A DNA stretch of 64,000 nucleotides from Octopus vulgaris (Eukaryota). The stretch lies in the NCBI GenBank assembly GCA_951406725.2, contig OX597820.1, positions 86,180,001 to 86,244,000 of the forward strand, in the 5' to 3' direction. Positions 40,860 through 56,081 of the stretch are shown piece after piece; the first letter of the stretch is position 1, and each line of letters opens with the position of its first letter. Below the pieces are notes generated by a model, which made no database searches, was not told the origin of the DNA, and saw only the letters and a list, made by a program, of their open reading frames with translations. The position numbers were made by a program, and so were the translations under genes.

Positions 40860-41782
40860 CGACATACATATATATGTGTGTGTGTGTGTGTGTGTGCATT
40901 ACCGTTTCTGCGAACCTTCCTTCTTTCCTCTTCCTGACTACGAGCCATGCTCGAAACGTTACAAACCCTCTCTTTTTACCGTATTAAACTGAACGTCAAA
41001 CTAATACATCAACTGTGTACGTCTTCGGGCGTAGCTTTTGAACACCATGCATTGAGTCACACCATGCATTGAGTCACACGTAGGGATGTAAGTTTATAAA
41101 TGGGAAAGTTGTAAAACCTAGAACAATGAGTATTTGTGCGTGTGCGCATCACTGTTTGTGTGAGTGTGTGTGCGTATGTGAGTATGTGTGTGTGTGTTTA
41201 GAGATGAAGAGGTATACAAAAACGAAAATAGAGAAAAACCATCAATCCAATCGATAAATATTATATTTGTTTCTCCGTATTTTTATTCAGTCACTACTTT
41301 TTTTTAAATTCCTCACATCTACTCACAATAGAAAACGAATGACAACGCAAAATATTCCGATAGTCACAAAACACTTATGTAAAAACTTACTGCACACTTA
41401 ATCACTTGAAAAATAAAACATTTATTTCACCTAACCAGCAAAAAACTCTTCAACCAGTAACAGAAACGCCGTAGGACACGATGCTGCCTACTATCATAAT
41501 GGCGAATATAAAACAAAAACCAATATATTGACTGTTATTAACCTTCAGCTTCAACGAATTCATACATTTTTTTAAGCCGAACATCTCATTGCTACATAGT
41601 TGCGTTTGTGTGTGGGGGATGGAGCATACATACAAACTTATAAACTTATAACCCTATAACACATACACACGCGTGCACACGCATACAGTCGCATGCACAT
41701 GCACATACGCACACGCGCACGCACGCATGCACTTACGCGCACTTATTTATACACACCTATGTATAAATTATATACATATATA

Positions 41783-42185
41783 CAGGAGTGGCTGTGTGGT
41801 AAGTAGCTTGCTTACCAACCACATCGTTCCGGGTTCAGTCCCACTGCGTGGCACCTTCGGCAAGTGTCTTCTACAATAGCCTCGGGCCGACCAAAGCCTT
41901 GTGAGTGGATATGGTAGACGGAAACTGAAAGAAGCCCGTCGTATATATGTATGTATATATATATGTATGTGTATGTGTGTGTGTTTGTGTGTCTGTGTTT
42001 GTCCCCCTAGCATTGCTTGACAACCGATACTGGTGTGTTTATGTCCCCGTCACTTAGCGGCTCGGCAAAACAGACCGATAGAATAAATACTGAGCTTACA
42101 AAGAATAATTCCCCGGGTCGAGTTGCTCGATGAAAGGCGGTGCTCCAGCATGGCCGCAGTCAAATGACTGAAACAAGTAAAAGAG
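41783..42185 (+). mobile_element. SINE family A, full length
   Basis: Matches the 20884 copy. Confidence 0.92.
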
Positions 42186-42229
42186 TATATGTTTGTGTGC
42201 GTCAGTGTATATATTTATGTAAATTATAT

Positions 42230-42968
42230 ATCCGGTCAGCACATAAGATCTGTCCGATTTTACCTTTTTTAAAATTAAATGAAATTTCATAGTATTTCAG
42301 AATGATCTTCTCTCCATTCTTGCGAACTCGTTTCAGACTTTCTAGATAGACTTGCGACTGGTGACGAAAAATGGATCTTCTATCGAAATGTTAAACGTCG
42401 TAAACAGTCGCTTGGTAAAAGGAAAAAAAGCTCAACCACAGCAGAGAAGGAAACTTCATGGGAAAAGGTTCTTGTCTCTATCTGGTGGGACTGCAAATGA
42501 GTAATTCACTTTGAATTGTTACCATTTAATGCAACAGTCAATACCCACGTCTACTGTCAGCAATTACAGCGTTTGAAACAAGCTTTGAAGAAAAAACAGA
42601 CCCGCTTTAGTGAAGCGAAAAGGAGTGATGTTTCATCAGATAGGTGCGCGATCCCACACTGCAAGGATCACATCACAGATAAAATTCCTCATCCATCTTA
42701 TTCTCCCGACCTTGCTCCTACAGACTATCATTTGTTTCGTAGCTTACAGAATCATTTGGGGGACATAACTTTCGCAAGCCAGAACGTTTCAGAGTTTCTC
42801 ACTTTGAAACCAAAGGATTTTTATATTGATGTGATTAAAATGCTTATAAATAGATGAAAGAAATTCATAGATAACCATGGAAAGTACATTGATGATTAAA
42901 TTTCAATTAAATATTTGATTACTAATTTTCTTTCTTCAAAATTCGGACAGAACTGATGGGATGACTTG
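42230..42968 (+). mobile_element. Internally deleted mariner (DD34D type)
   Basis: KVLVSIWWD, YCQQLQRL, PHPSYSPDLAPTDYHLFRSLQ; TIR TCTGTCCGATTTT / AAAATTCGGACAGA. Confidence 0.85.
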
Positions 42969-43084
42969 TGTCAATTTATATATATATATATGTGTGTGTT
43001 TGTGTTTGTGTGTATGTGTGTGTATGTGTGTGTGTGCATGTATATACATACATGCATACATACATACATACATACATACATACA

Positions 43085-43116
<32 letters not shown>

Positions 43117-43125
43117 CACATATAT

Positions 43126-43410
43126 GGGGAGAGTTCACAAGAAAACAAAATACGAAAACAGGTGGTGCTGACAACAAACAGATGTATTAGTTTAACGCTC
43201 GGGAAAATGAAAAAGTCTTTAACGTTTCGAGCCTACGCTCTTCCACTGAAAGGAATACAGAAAGAAACAAGGAGAGAAAACAAATAATGTGTAATGGCTA
43301 GCGATCTTTCATAAGAAATGCCTGACAGAGGGGTCACACAGGAGGGCTAGGAAGAAGGGGAGATAATAAAGTAGTAGTGATCCCAAAACGAAGGTGCGCG
43401 TGCATGTGTA
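43126..43410 (-). mobile_element. pLTR-like repeat related to the 18265 arms, with a decayed hammerhead (also at 40925-41015, + strand)
   Basis: GTATTAG..ACGCTC..TTTAACGTTTCGAGC..GCTCTTC is shared. Confidence 0.6.
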
Positions 43411-44256
43411 TAAGAGAGTAATTTTGAAAGCTTAGTTACATGCAAAAATCTAAGTACTATAGAGGCATATACGAACCAGAGCCGTAAAGTATAATTTATC
43501 CTGAGCGATCTCGACCATATAAGTCGGTACTATGGGTGTAAATCTAAGTAATTTAATCAAACGTGGGGCATAGATGTCAAATGCACAAGCTAAAGAGAAT
43601 TTCGAATTATTTCTACAAAACAGTCGTGCAATTTCCTTTTCATCAGTAGCTACTAAACAAATTCGTGAGTTTATTCTGAAATAGATTTTTTACAGATATA
43701 TTACGTTTCCTGAAAATATATTTCTGTTGTTTATATCATAATTGAATTGACTAGCAGTCATCCTGATAAAATCTTTAATAAATGAATGAATCATTATCAA
43801 TAGATACGCGTACTCAAACACATGTACTTATTCAATCGATTTCAAAATGTAAAAATTATATAATGGTAAATTTACGAAATACTAACACAAGAGGAAGAAA
43901 CGGACATAACATTTAAAATGCTAGCAATTAATATTTGCTATTTCTGTAGTAACACTGAATACAATAGAATCTTAATTCAATAGCAGTTCTATAAAAATAT
44001 CTTATTTCGTTCGTTTTAGAGAAAATATTTACCTCAAAATTTAAATAATTTCTTTTGCAATAGTTTTACACTGTTCATTGTATTGAGTACATTATATCCT
44101 TGCTACATAAATGTTTATGCATTTCCTTCTTCAGTTTATCTATAATAAATATGCATCTATATATACACATTACATATCATGCATATATAAATATGAATAT
44201 ATATATAGGCAAATATATATATATAATATATATATATACACACACATACATACATA

Positions 44257-44319
<63 letters not shown>

Positions 44320-44685
44320 TAATAGAGATACTGAGAAAGAAATATATATTATTCATACGCAATGCGTTGCATATATTTCACATCAGTGTGCTTTTATCAA
44401 AGACTTGATCGACATTGTTGGCGTATATTCGTATATTCTTGTTATGCCTGTATGCGCTTCTCTTCTCTCTGCTTAATAATAATCTCATATTAGAAATACG
44501 AGTTATTTTTACATATTCATAATTATAGTCAAATAATGTAGGGAAAGCATTTAAACTACAAACATGAATTCAAATCTTGCACCTGCATTTTCTATGAAAG
44601 AATGTTTTTCTATTTATAAGACATACAGTTTGTAAGTCTATATGTGGTTGTGTATGAACGTAAATATATATATATATATATATAC

Positions 44686-44735
<50 letters not shown>

Positions 44736-45245
44736 TTTATGCATGTCTATGTACTATGTATGTATAGGTATAAATATATATGTGTATATATATATACATT
44801 TTATGCATGTCTATGTACTATGTATGTACGTATAGGTATAAATATATATATATATATATACATAATTATATCACATTTGGCAATATGTTCAAGTCGTACT
44901 GGTAATTTGTTGTATGAAGTTGTTTGGATCGCATGTGCTGCGTGCCTCCACAATAGTTTTCTCAACCTACATTGGATGATTAAATAAGTTAACGTTTTTC
45001 AAAAGCTCACTTACTCACTCTCTCCCAACAGCAACATACTCACTTTTCCAACCATTTCCCTCACTCGCAGAGAGTGTATAACACGTCCAAAATAGAACAG
45101 TATTGACGTCTCCCAATTATTTTTAATATGGAAATGAAATCGTGTGTGTGTGTGCCTGTGTATGCCTGTGCTTATTTAAATTGGACTCTGTTATATGTGT
45201 ATATTCCTGCACATAAGCATGTTTGTGTGAGAGTATGTATGAATG

Positions 45246-45317
<72 letters not shown>

Positions 45318-45370
45318 CGTGTGTATTGTGAGTGCGCGTATCTAAGTATCAATATACGTGTGTATTTTGC

Positions 45371-45441
<71 letters not shown>

Positions 45442-46109
45442 TAGATAGATAGATATTGATATAGATATATATGCATGTATCTGTATAAAAATATATACGC
45501 CAGTGTGTAAGCTCGTATGTATGAGTTATGTAAATGTATATATGTATACGTATATGCATATATATATATCTATATTCATGATTCATGCAAACATATACAC
45601 ACCTACTCGCAAACCAATATGCGAGTGTTTGTCTATGTGCGGCGCGTGTGTATCCATGTATATATGCATAATGCAGATGTTTGTTTCTATGCATCTGTGC
45701 AGATTCACATATTCTTTCTTTTAAGTGATATTTAAATATTTTTTTTATGTCTTTTTGAATATTTTCGGTTAAACATTTTTAAAAACTGAAAATAGCTAAA
45801 AATATGTATGAAATAGAATAATTATGTTTTCCTAATATTTCTGTTTGACTATATAACCATTTTTAAACAAAAATTCTGTTTCAGAAAACAATATTTTTTT
45901 TGTAATGATAAATTAACAGTTGGAATAAACCATTGAACTTTCTAAGAAGCTGTTGCTTCGGATCTTTATTTTCAGCAACTGCAGTTTTGATGCTATAACC
46001 GTAATTTATATAAACACTACATTCTTGAGAGACAAATAGCCTTTTGAAATGTTTACAACTAGAGTCGTAGCGAAATAGTTTTAAAACATCTATATGCTTG
46101 AATATACAT

Positions 46110-46170
46110 ACAGTGTAGTAAGAGGTTTGCTTCTCAAACGTTAGGTTCCGAGTTCAATCCTAGTCAGTGG

Positions 46171-46215
<45 letters not shown>

Positions 46216-46470
46216 GTGTGTGTGTATGCGTGTGTGTGTGTGTGTGTGTGCGTGTGTGCATGTTTGTGTGAGTATATGTGTGTGTGTTTTTGTGTCTGTG
46301 TTTGTTCCCCACAACTGCTTAACAACTGGTGTTAGTGTGTTTACGGTGTGTAATTCAGTGGCTCAGTATTGGACACCGATTGGATGTCTCCGACTTTACA
46401 ACAATGCACTGGGGTCGATTCGACTAAAATTCTTAGAGTTAGCCTAATGACTAAAACACATGAAAGATAA
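46110..46470 (+). mobile_element. Highly diverged SINE family A
   Basis: GTAAGAGGTTTGCTTC..GAGTTCAATCC..GTGTCTGTGTTTGTTCCCC. Confidence 0.55.
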
Positions 46471-48638
46471 CAGAAAAATAAAAATATCTATGCATCAAAG
46501 CCTTATATTTAGCAAATACCAAATACAGAACGAAAACTGAGTTGCTAGACAAATTCAGAGAGATAGTTTGCAACATTTCACTGCTTCTTGGATACTCTTA
46601 GCATATGTCAATCCATTATATTTAAGAACAAATGTTGGAGTTAATATCTCAAAAATGCCATCTGCAAGAAAATTAAGAGTTCAATAGAGATGAAGACAAT
46701 ACTGAGCAGTACCATATATCTAATCAGAAAGAACAACACTGTAGAGGGACTGAAAAACATTAGCTAAATAATAAATGGCTTAATAATTTCGGCAAGTAGG
46801 GTAAGACACTTTAGTATGTTTTAATATAATTAAACCTCCTTAGTGAATGATGGACTTCTTCGAACTTGCCCAATGTGTGATATATAACAGCTTGACAGTT
46901 ATAAAACATGAATTTCTAATAATAAGTTAACATAACGTTAACCTCTTTAAAGAACTTTTACTAGAAGTTAATAATATCTACTCTGTTAAGAACAAAGTGC
47001 TCTTTTAGACAAGAATCGCAATCATTCTAATTTAAACGGAGTGTGTAAGCTGACATCTTTACAAGTTATTCCATTATGATAAATTACTCTAGCTATTTGT
47101 ACGACAGCTTCTCTGTCGCTCTGAGGTAAACAGTGTGAAAACTATTACTAGAAATACAAGGTAGCAATATAGTTCTGTTCTGCCTATCAAATTAATATAA
47201 TTCCTGGATGAATCAGTGTTTTTTTCTTTTTTGTTTCTTATTTTCTCTTCATTGGTAACAAGGTTTTGCCTTGTCGGTTATTTCTCTTTTACTTTAATAC
47301 AACTACATTTATCGTATTTCGTATACTTTTAATTTGCACAAACACGCCTCTGTGATTAAGTGGTTTTCTTTGAAAATATGAAGCTTCGGGTTCAATTGTA
47401 AAGTAGTGCTCTTGTATTCCACGATAATCTCGAGTTGTTGAAACCTTAATAGTGATCCTTGAGATACAGAAGGTATGTGAAAGCTTCTTAAAATTATATT
47501 TCCAGATCTTTTGTAGCAAACATAATGATAGTTTATCATTTAATCAGGGGAGCATCTATGGTTATTTTTCTCCAGTGACTCTATGACTCCATCACTGGTG
47601 AGAGAAATTATATCGAAACCAGAGATCTATTCTGAAAACTTTCCACTGAGTGAAAACTACAAAAGCACTCTAGGATCAAGTGATGGTATTAACAACTAGG
47701 AACCCAGATTTCAAAGATTTGGAATAAATACCGAAGGACATGGCACCCGATGTTCAAACAATTCTGTCAGTCCAATAATTGCACTGACACTTTGTTTTAT
47801 TGACCCCTGAAAATATGGCAGGGTAAGTTAATATTGGCAGGATTTAAACTCAAAGAATAAAAAGCCAAGCAATTTGTCTTTCATTTTAATGATTGTGCAA
47901 AATGACTGCCATATGTCTCCCAGTTTAACACCAGCGATTTGGGCTGTCTCTAATGATGCACACTCTGGTGCAACCTTCAAGCCTGTTCTCCTTCTCCAGT
48001 ATGATGACAACTATTCTCCTTCTCGCTATCATAGGAACTATCAAAATGGTCAAGAGTAATGGGCTTCGACTTTTTAATAACTCATGCAGTATAAACTATA
48101 AAACATTGTACAAAAACATGTTATTTTACATAAATCACCAAATCGAAAATGTGCCAGCTATTCTGCCCGGTAGAATTTATAAAAGACAATAGATGTGTTT
48201 TGAGCAGACTGTTAATTAACCAAAAAATTTAAGTGAAAACAAAAAAAAATACTGTATTTTAATGATAGGAGTTAAAATATGAGGGTATTACAATTAATGT
48301 AATTAATAACGAAGTTGGTCTCATGAGACATGTCAATGTTAAAAATATTTATTTATTTCAATCTCTTGTATAATTGTTTGTTTTTTTTATTACTTACTCA
48401 GCCTGGAAAAACGTTTTGCAACGCCTTCAGGTCTCATGGGGGAAACGAAAAAAGAAACCACGCAACTGGCTACTAGATAATAACCCACTTTATCAATACT
48501 CATACACCATCCTAGATATATATGTATGTGTACGTATAGAACATATATGTATACATATATGCGCACATATAGATATAGATATATACTTACGTATAAGTAG
48601 ATATCTATATCTATATCTATATATACATATATACATAC

Positions 48639-48682
<44 letters not shown>

Positions 48683-48736
48683 CTATCTATCTATCTATCT
48701 ATATATATATATATATATATATACATATATACATAT

Positions 48737-48774
<38 letters not shown>

Positions 48775-48787
48775 CTATCTATCTATT

Positions 48788-48834
<47 letters not shown>

Positions 48835-49479
48835 TGTATGTATGTATGTGTGTGTATGTATGCCTATGCTTATTCGTGCTTTTTAAGGCTAGTTATATAT
48901 AAAAAGGAAAATTAACGTTGAACTGAAATGTTGCTCGATTAATTATAATTATTTACTTTTACAAGCAAAACGCTGACAGTGACTTCGAAGTATCGGCTCG
49001 CTCGCCTACATCAGAATGTTCATTACCTTGTATATTTTCTGGCTTTATATAGTCTCCGACTATTTATTTTAGTGGCAGAAATAGCAACGTGAATAACAAT
49101 TAGAGAGGCATAGTAAATCAGCAGAAATAGTTGCGTAGGAAGAGGCTAACAGAATGTATTTGAGGAGACTAGAAAGGTATGGTAAAGATATTTAATTTTG
49201 TTTGATGTAGTAATTATATTATTGTTTAGGGTTCAATAACGATCGAAAAAAACGTGTAAACAGATATGTTGTATTCAGGTCACAACATTATTTGTATATA
49301 GGGTTTGCTTTGTCTGGTATTTTAGGGTTCAGTGAGGAATGTTTCTAGATAATACTGTTAATCACACTGCGTAAGTCTGACTGAGGTTGAATTTTGTTTG
49401 AAGTTATAAGCTTTGTATTAAAAACTTACGGCTGGGAATTTTGGGAATGTTTGGATTGAGATGAATATATTACTAAAGT

Positions 49480-49805
49480 GAAGGTGCATGACTCAGTGGT
49501 TAGGGCTTCGAGCTTACGATCGTGATGTTGTGAGTTCGAATCCCGGACCGAGCTGCGTGTTGTGTTCTTCAGCAAAGCACTTTATTTCACGTTGCTCCAG
49601 TTAACTCAGCTGTAGAAATGAGTTGCGACGTCACAGGTACCAAGCTGTGTCTACTGTTGCCTTTCTCTGGATAACACTGGAGAGGGGAGGCCGGTATGCA
49701 TGAGCGACTGCAGGTCTTCCATAAACAACCTTGCTTGGACTTTTGCCTGGGAAGGTAACTTTCTAGGTGCAATCCCACGGTCAGCCATGACCGAATGGGG
49801 TCTCA
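49480..49805 (+). mobile_element. SINE family D
   Basis: TGACTCAGTGG A box, GAGTTCGAATC B box, CAGCTGTAGAAATGAG core. Confidence 0.8.
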
Positions 49806-50396
49806 ATATTACTAAATATATATTAGGCTTTCTAATGTGTTTATTCCTTGATTATTATACTTTTTGATAGAAGAATGAACAAATGTATACATGTAACTGT
49901 ATGTCAACACCGTTAAATAGCTTCTGCATTTATATCTCCTTATAGACGTATATACACATGGACATATGTATAATCCTTATGCATTCATCAGCATGTAACG
50001 GCCATGCTGTCACACACTAACTCAGTTTGCGAAACACTTGCATATTATGGAAGTTAATGTTGTTATAGATACAACTTAAAGTTCACATCTATAATCATGA
50101 TGTTAAATTTGAAGAGAGCCATATTAAGATAGGAAGGATCGGACCAACACAACAGCATACACCCTTGATTTCAACCTCCGTATTATTGAATGGCATGACA
50201 TTCACACACAGCTCGAACAATATCAAGCAGAACACCATTTGAATTTTCTAATGCATTGTTCAAAGAACGAATTATATCCTGACCTACCAGATGCAAAATA
50301 CACAATAAATCTCTGCATCATAAACATAGAATTCTCCATAATTTCGAGATGACGCGTACGATTTTCTTAGACCTTATCCGGATAAAACTAACAATA

Positions 50397-50770
50397 GGCG
50401 CAAGAGTGGCTGTGTGGTAAGTAGCTTGCTTACCAACCACATGGTTCCGGGTTCAGTCCCACTGCCTGGCACTTTGGTCAAGTGTCTTCTATTATAGCCT
50501 AGCGTCGACCAGAACCTTGTGAGTGGATTTGGTAGATGGAAACTGAAAGAAGCCCGTCGTATATATGTATATGTGTATATATATATATGTATATGTGTTT
50601 GTTTGTCAGTGTTTGTCCCCCAAACATCGCTTGACAACAGATGCTGGTGTGTTTACGTCCCGTAACATAGCGGTTCGGCAAAATAATCTGATAGAATAAG
50701 TACTAGGCTTACAAAGAATAAGTCCCGGGGTCGATTTGCTCGACTAAAGGCGGTGCTCCAGGATGGCCAC
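50397..50770 (+). mobile_element. SINE family A
   Basis: Matches the 41783 copy. Confidence 0.9.
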
Positions 50771-51176
50771 GAAATACCTAGATATGCACACATTGCAAGA
50801 AGTGCTCGGGTTCTATTACACCTAAATATTCAGAGAGCTTTTTGGAAATCGAATCAAAATATATGCTCAGACAGGACTGGCCAGAAAGTTTCTCTCTATG
50901 CAAGACAATGGCGCATGAGAAATAGTATTTTCCCGACAAAGTAAGCCATAAGCATAGTCCGGAAGAAAAGGCTATGCTTCGAGACGAATGCTGGAATCAT
51001 CCACCGCAGAAAACGGAGAAAACCATACTGTGTTTGTAGCGAACGTTTGATTTCAACGTTTGGATTACTGTCTGCTAATAACAGTAACCGTAGATGTAGA
51101 AGCAATGTCACAATGTTTCATGATATCTATCTATTTCTCTGTAAATCTGTATCACTATTTCTGAATAACTGTCTAC

Positions 51177-51319
<143 letters not shown>

Positions 51320-51446
51320 GCTGTCGCTCACTCACTCTCACTAACATGTGTGCGCATATGCGTGCGTGTATGAATAATACGTTTGTATGTATGCATGTAT
51401 GTATGTATCAAGCAGAAACATATATACAGAATTGCACACATATATT

Positions 51447-51850
51447 GGCGCAAGCGTGATTGTGTGCTAAGACGTTTGCTTCCTAATCACATGGTTCCGG
51501 GTTCAGTTCGACTGCGTGAAATATTAGGCAAGTATCTTCTACTATAGCCTCGGACCGAAGAAAGCCTTATGTGTAGATTTGGCAGACAGAAACCAAAAGA
51601 AATCAGTCTTGTGTGTTTGTGCATATGCTTGTGTATGTATCTGTATGTGTGCGTGTGTGTGTGTATTTGCCTACTGCCAACGCTTGACAACTGATGATGG
51701 TGTTTATATACACGCTACTTAGCAAATTGGTGAAAGAGACCGTCATAATAAGTACAAGGCTTAAACAGGAATACCGGATTTGATTCGATTGACTTGGATT
51801 CCTCAAGACGGTGTCCCAGCATGACCGCCCTCTCAGCATTAAAAAAAGTA
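51447..51850 (+). mobile_element. SINE family A, diverged
   Basis: CACATGGTTCCGGGTTCAG..TCTTCTACTATAGCCTCGG. Confidence 0.75.
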
Positions 51851-51899
51851 AAAGATTGCGCGTTAAATATATTCCCACCTATTCATAATGACTGCATTT

Positions 51900-52305
51900 A
51901 TATTCTTTTCTACTCTAGGTACAATGCCGAAATTTTTGAGGAGAGTGGGAGCATTCGATTAGATCGACTCCAGTACGGAACTGATTGCTAATTTATCGAC
52001 CCCGAAAGGATGAAAAGCAGAAATCGACCTCGCCGGAATTTGAACTCAGAATGTAAAAACAGACAAAATACCGCTAAGCATTTCGCATGGCATGCAAAGG
52101 TTTTTATTTCTTCATTGCCCACAAGGGGCTAAACATAGAGGGGATAAACAAGGACAGATAAAGAGATTAAGTCGATTACATCGACCTCAGTGTGTAACTG
52201 GTACTTAATTTATAGACCCTGAAAGGATAAAAAGCAGAAGTCGACCTCGCCGGAATTTGAACTCAGAACGTAAAGACAGACAAAATACCACTAAGCTCGC
52301 CGTAT
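51900..52305 (-). mobile_element. Two tandem SINE family B copies
   Basis: CGACCTCGCCGGAATTTGAACTCAGAA occurs twice. Confidence 0.8.
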
Positions 52306-52641
52306 GTTAACACTAACCTTCTTCTTTTACATCCATGTTTTCCAAACATTTACTACTAGCTTCCAGTTTCTGCATTTACTTTTCTGACCAGGTGTTTCTT
52401 CTTAGTGGTAATATATATTTCCATTAGAATTCATCTATGAAGCGAAATATATTCAGAACATGATATATTTTATCATTGGTAACCGCAATATTAATGTGAA
52501 TCCAATTATTTATGTGTTTTATAGAGATCAACATATAATATAAATAAACACTGGCAGTTCGCTATATTCTATATCGTGTGTCAATGCTTAGTATACGTAT
52601 GTACGTATGTGTGTGTGTATTTGAGTTTGCGTTTGTGTATG

Positions 52642-52679
<38 letters not shown>

Positions 52680-52682
<3 letters not shown>

Positions 52683-52743
52683 TAAAAAGTCGGTTTTAGA
52701 AGTATCTCGGTTTACGAATGCGTTTGATCATAAATAAATCGTG

Positions 52744-52808
<65 letters not shown>

Positions 52809-52855
52809 TAGCACGATTTATTAGAGATCAGAGTTGTTCGAAAACCGAGGTACTA

Positions 52856-52858
<3 letters not shown>
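52680..52858. mobile_element. MITE-like fold-back with TA|CAGTA..TACTG|TA ends and a (TA)n core
   Basis: CTCGGTTT.CGAA..TGATC..ATAAATCGTGCT is mirrored; ends resemble pogo/Tigger TIRs. Confidence 0.6.
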
Positions 52859-52900
<42 letters not shown>

Positions 52901-53512
52901 GTAAAGTTGACTTCAGTGGAGTTTGAACTCAAAACGTGAAAGAGGATAAAATACCACTAAGCGTTTTGCCCGACGTGCTAACGATTCTGCCAGCTCACCG
53001 CCTTACTAGGTCCATGTTACAAGAAACAACAGAGGGAAAATGGAGAGTCGAACAGTGCAATGAAGGTATTGATAATGATAATACTAAGAATTATAAATTC
53101 TTGTGGAAGTGCAGCTAAAATGTGTCATACTAGTGTAAAAATGGAATAGGGTAATTGTAATAATCGTAAAAGCAAACGATGACAATGAGAAAATATTTAA
53201 ATAAAAATCAAATTATAGAAAGGAGGCAATCTGCAACATGTATGTTTATGAGTATGTATATGTTGGAGTCATCCATGTTGTATAAAATGTGTGTGTGGAT
53301 TTGTGTATGTGTACGTACATGCAAAGCAAACATTTCATTCCATGAAGCACATATATCTATGTATTTATGTGAGTATGCATTCGTTCACTCTCAAACAGAG
53401 GCACACACAAATACTAACAAATATACTTATAATATATATATATGTGTACATATGATATATTTATATGTAATACATATATGTATATATATAAGCTTATATA
53501 TAATGTAATATA

Positions 53513-53678
<166 letters not shown>

Positions 53679-55429
53679 AAAGATAGATAGGATGATAGAT
53701 AATGTTTATGTGTGTATGTGTGTGTATTTGCTTGCAATATAATCGTATATATTAGAATGTGTGTGCGCACGCTCGTGCATCCTAGGTGAAAATTGGAAAT
53801 GTGAAAGAAAATTAATGTTATATTTGGAAATGTTAACCCTGGAAGCTAAAAAGTTTAGCAAATTAAACGCCACGATTTAATATCGTAGAAATTTAATATA
53901 TTCAATCCGGACATCTTGGCTTTGTTTGTTATATAGATTGATACAATACTATGTGGTGTACAAATATTATTTATGCTCTTACGCAGCGTACGTTTAGATA
54001 AAAAAAAAATTATGTCTCTGTATGCGAAGGTGTATTTCTTCGGTTTGTATATACACAAAGGTGTGCTTTTCCTCGATGTCTGTTTTATTCTCTGTCCCTT
54101 TCTCGATATTTCTTATGTGTGTGTATGTGAATCTCTCTGTGTATACGTGTTGGTTGAATTCTTTTGGTAGGTTCAACGAACTTTCGATTACATCCATTCC
54201 ATTCTTCATCTTTCTTTTCAGAAAATCTGAATTAATAACGATATTAGGTACTAGAATATAGCACCTAGAAATGATTGGAATATGCTAGTTCTGGCTGATT
54301 TACCTGCAGTTCCTTCTATTTCGTCATCACATAGATAAACCCTTTTAGACTGACGAACGCATTTCATCCACTGTCAAGTTAAACGACAGATATAGATTCT
54401 GCCAACTTGTCCGATCTTATGACGTGACTAGCATGCCTCCACTTTACCAACATACCTCCACTATTAAATCTGGGAGAGCTAGTATTTGTTTCTGTAGACG
54501 TTGCAATAATTTCCCACGTATATAACTATGGTTTTAGTACAGCACGTGATGTTTTAAATGTTTATGTGGTTCATCTTTTTCTACTTTCTTTTCCAATGTC
54601 AATATATCGAGGGATATTGATCACATGTTAGGGGTTTCTTTAAGTTATTGTATGAACGGGTAAGATTATAAAATTTTGCCATTATAAATGTTGGTTGGTT
54701 GAGATCTTCAGTCGGGGTTTATATCATACAGAGCGAGAAAGGGACGAGAGGGTGAAAAAAGATAGAAAGTGAGTTAACCGAAGAGATGCACGATGCATGC
54801 ACATACTAAGCATACTGGCAGAAAAATGGAAAAAGAATGCTACACGAAAATGGTGAGAGAGAAAAAAATCATAAAGAAAGACGAGTGGGACGAAAGAGAG
54901 TAAATGAGAAGTTATACAAAATTTGTTTTAATCAATTATAAGGTACTTATTATCTTTACATTGAAAGATATAAACAAAGATTAATGCACACATACATATA
55001 CATATATTTATACATACATATATATATATGTGTGTGTGACATTGTGTGTATGAATGTATGTGTATATATATATACGTATTAATATATATATATATATACG
55101 TATATATTAATATATACCCGCTATCTGCATAACCCCAAATTCAGCAAGGGGAAAATATACCAGGGACAGGCAGTAGGAATGGGATTATGCTGACAACACA
55201 CCAAGCACAAGAGTATTTAATTAAATTACTACCTACTCAGCTTGTATGATATACAATCTGAGTAGGGACTGCTGATCGGAGATGAAATTTCACTAATATT
55301 TTAAAAGATGCTTGGCATCCCCCTCCACAGAGCTCTTCATAATTCTTATGACTGACAGAGGCTATCTGCATAAATACATGTATGTGTGCGCATGTATGTG
55401 TACATGAATGCAAATATATCAGAATGTTT

Positions 55430-56081
55430 CGTTGTAAATCTGAGAACAGTGCACCATGAAGTTATTTACCGAGAATGATAAGAATCAAAGATCCAGTCAA
55501 CATCATGGTATTGCGAGTGTTCATTAGTGATGGGGACGTTATGCCCCCATTCATCTTTCCACACGGCCTCAAACGCAACACGGTGTCTTACACCAAGTGT
55601 CTGGTGGAGGTAGCGCTGCCCTAGGTCAAGATGGTGGTTGCTGGAAGAATCTCCCTCTGATAACAGGATGCTGCAGCATGCCACGCAAGCAGAAGGACCC
55701 AGTCATGGCTGTAAGGCAATTTCTTCGACCACATCACCCCTAACATCTGGCCACCTAGCTATCTAGTCTGCAACCCTCTTGATTATGTGTGGTGTACAGC
55801 TGATCGAGAGACCAATAAGACACCAAAGATGAACTGAAAGCAAGGATTATGGCGGCATTCACTGACTTAAACAAGGAGACCGTCCAGGAGAGTTGCAGGA
55901 GATTCCGAAATCCTCTGGTGACCGTGATTGAAGACAATGGCGATTTTATTGAATAAATTAACTTTTTAGTATTGCAAGATATTTTAATGTAATTTTGGTA
56001 AATATATCTGTTAAAATGAGACTTTACTGTTATTTTCATTTTTGCGTAATTTAGACGACAGTTTATTCACTGCACCTTGTA
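55430..56081 (+). mobile_element. Tc1/mariner superfamily (maT/DD37D-like) transposase C-terminal fossil and right end
   Basis: SDGDVMPPFIF, QDAAACH, WPPSYLVCNPLDY, CRRFRNPLVTVIEDNGDFIE*; ends CACCTTG|TA. Confidence 0.8.

Noticed and set aside
47828-48060. Short non-repetitive ORFs as a possible host exon
   Set aside because: No recognisable domain or supported splice structure; needs RNA-seq or BLASTX
50130-50260. AYTLDFNLRIIEW, a pogo-like HTH start
   Set aside because: Too short and degraded to support
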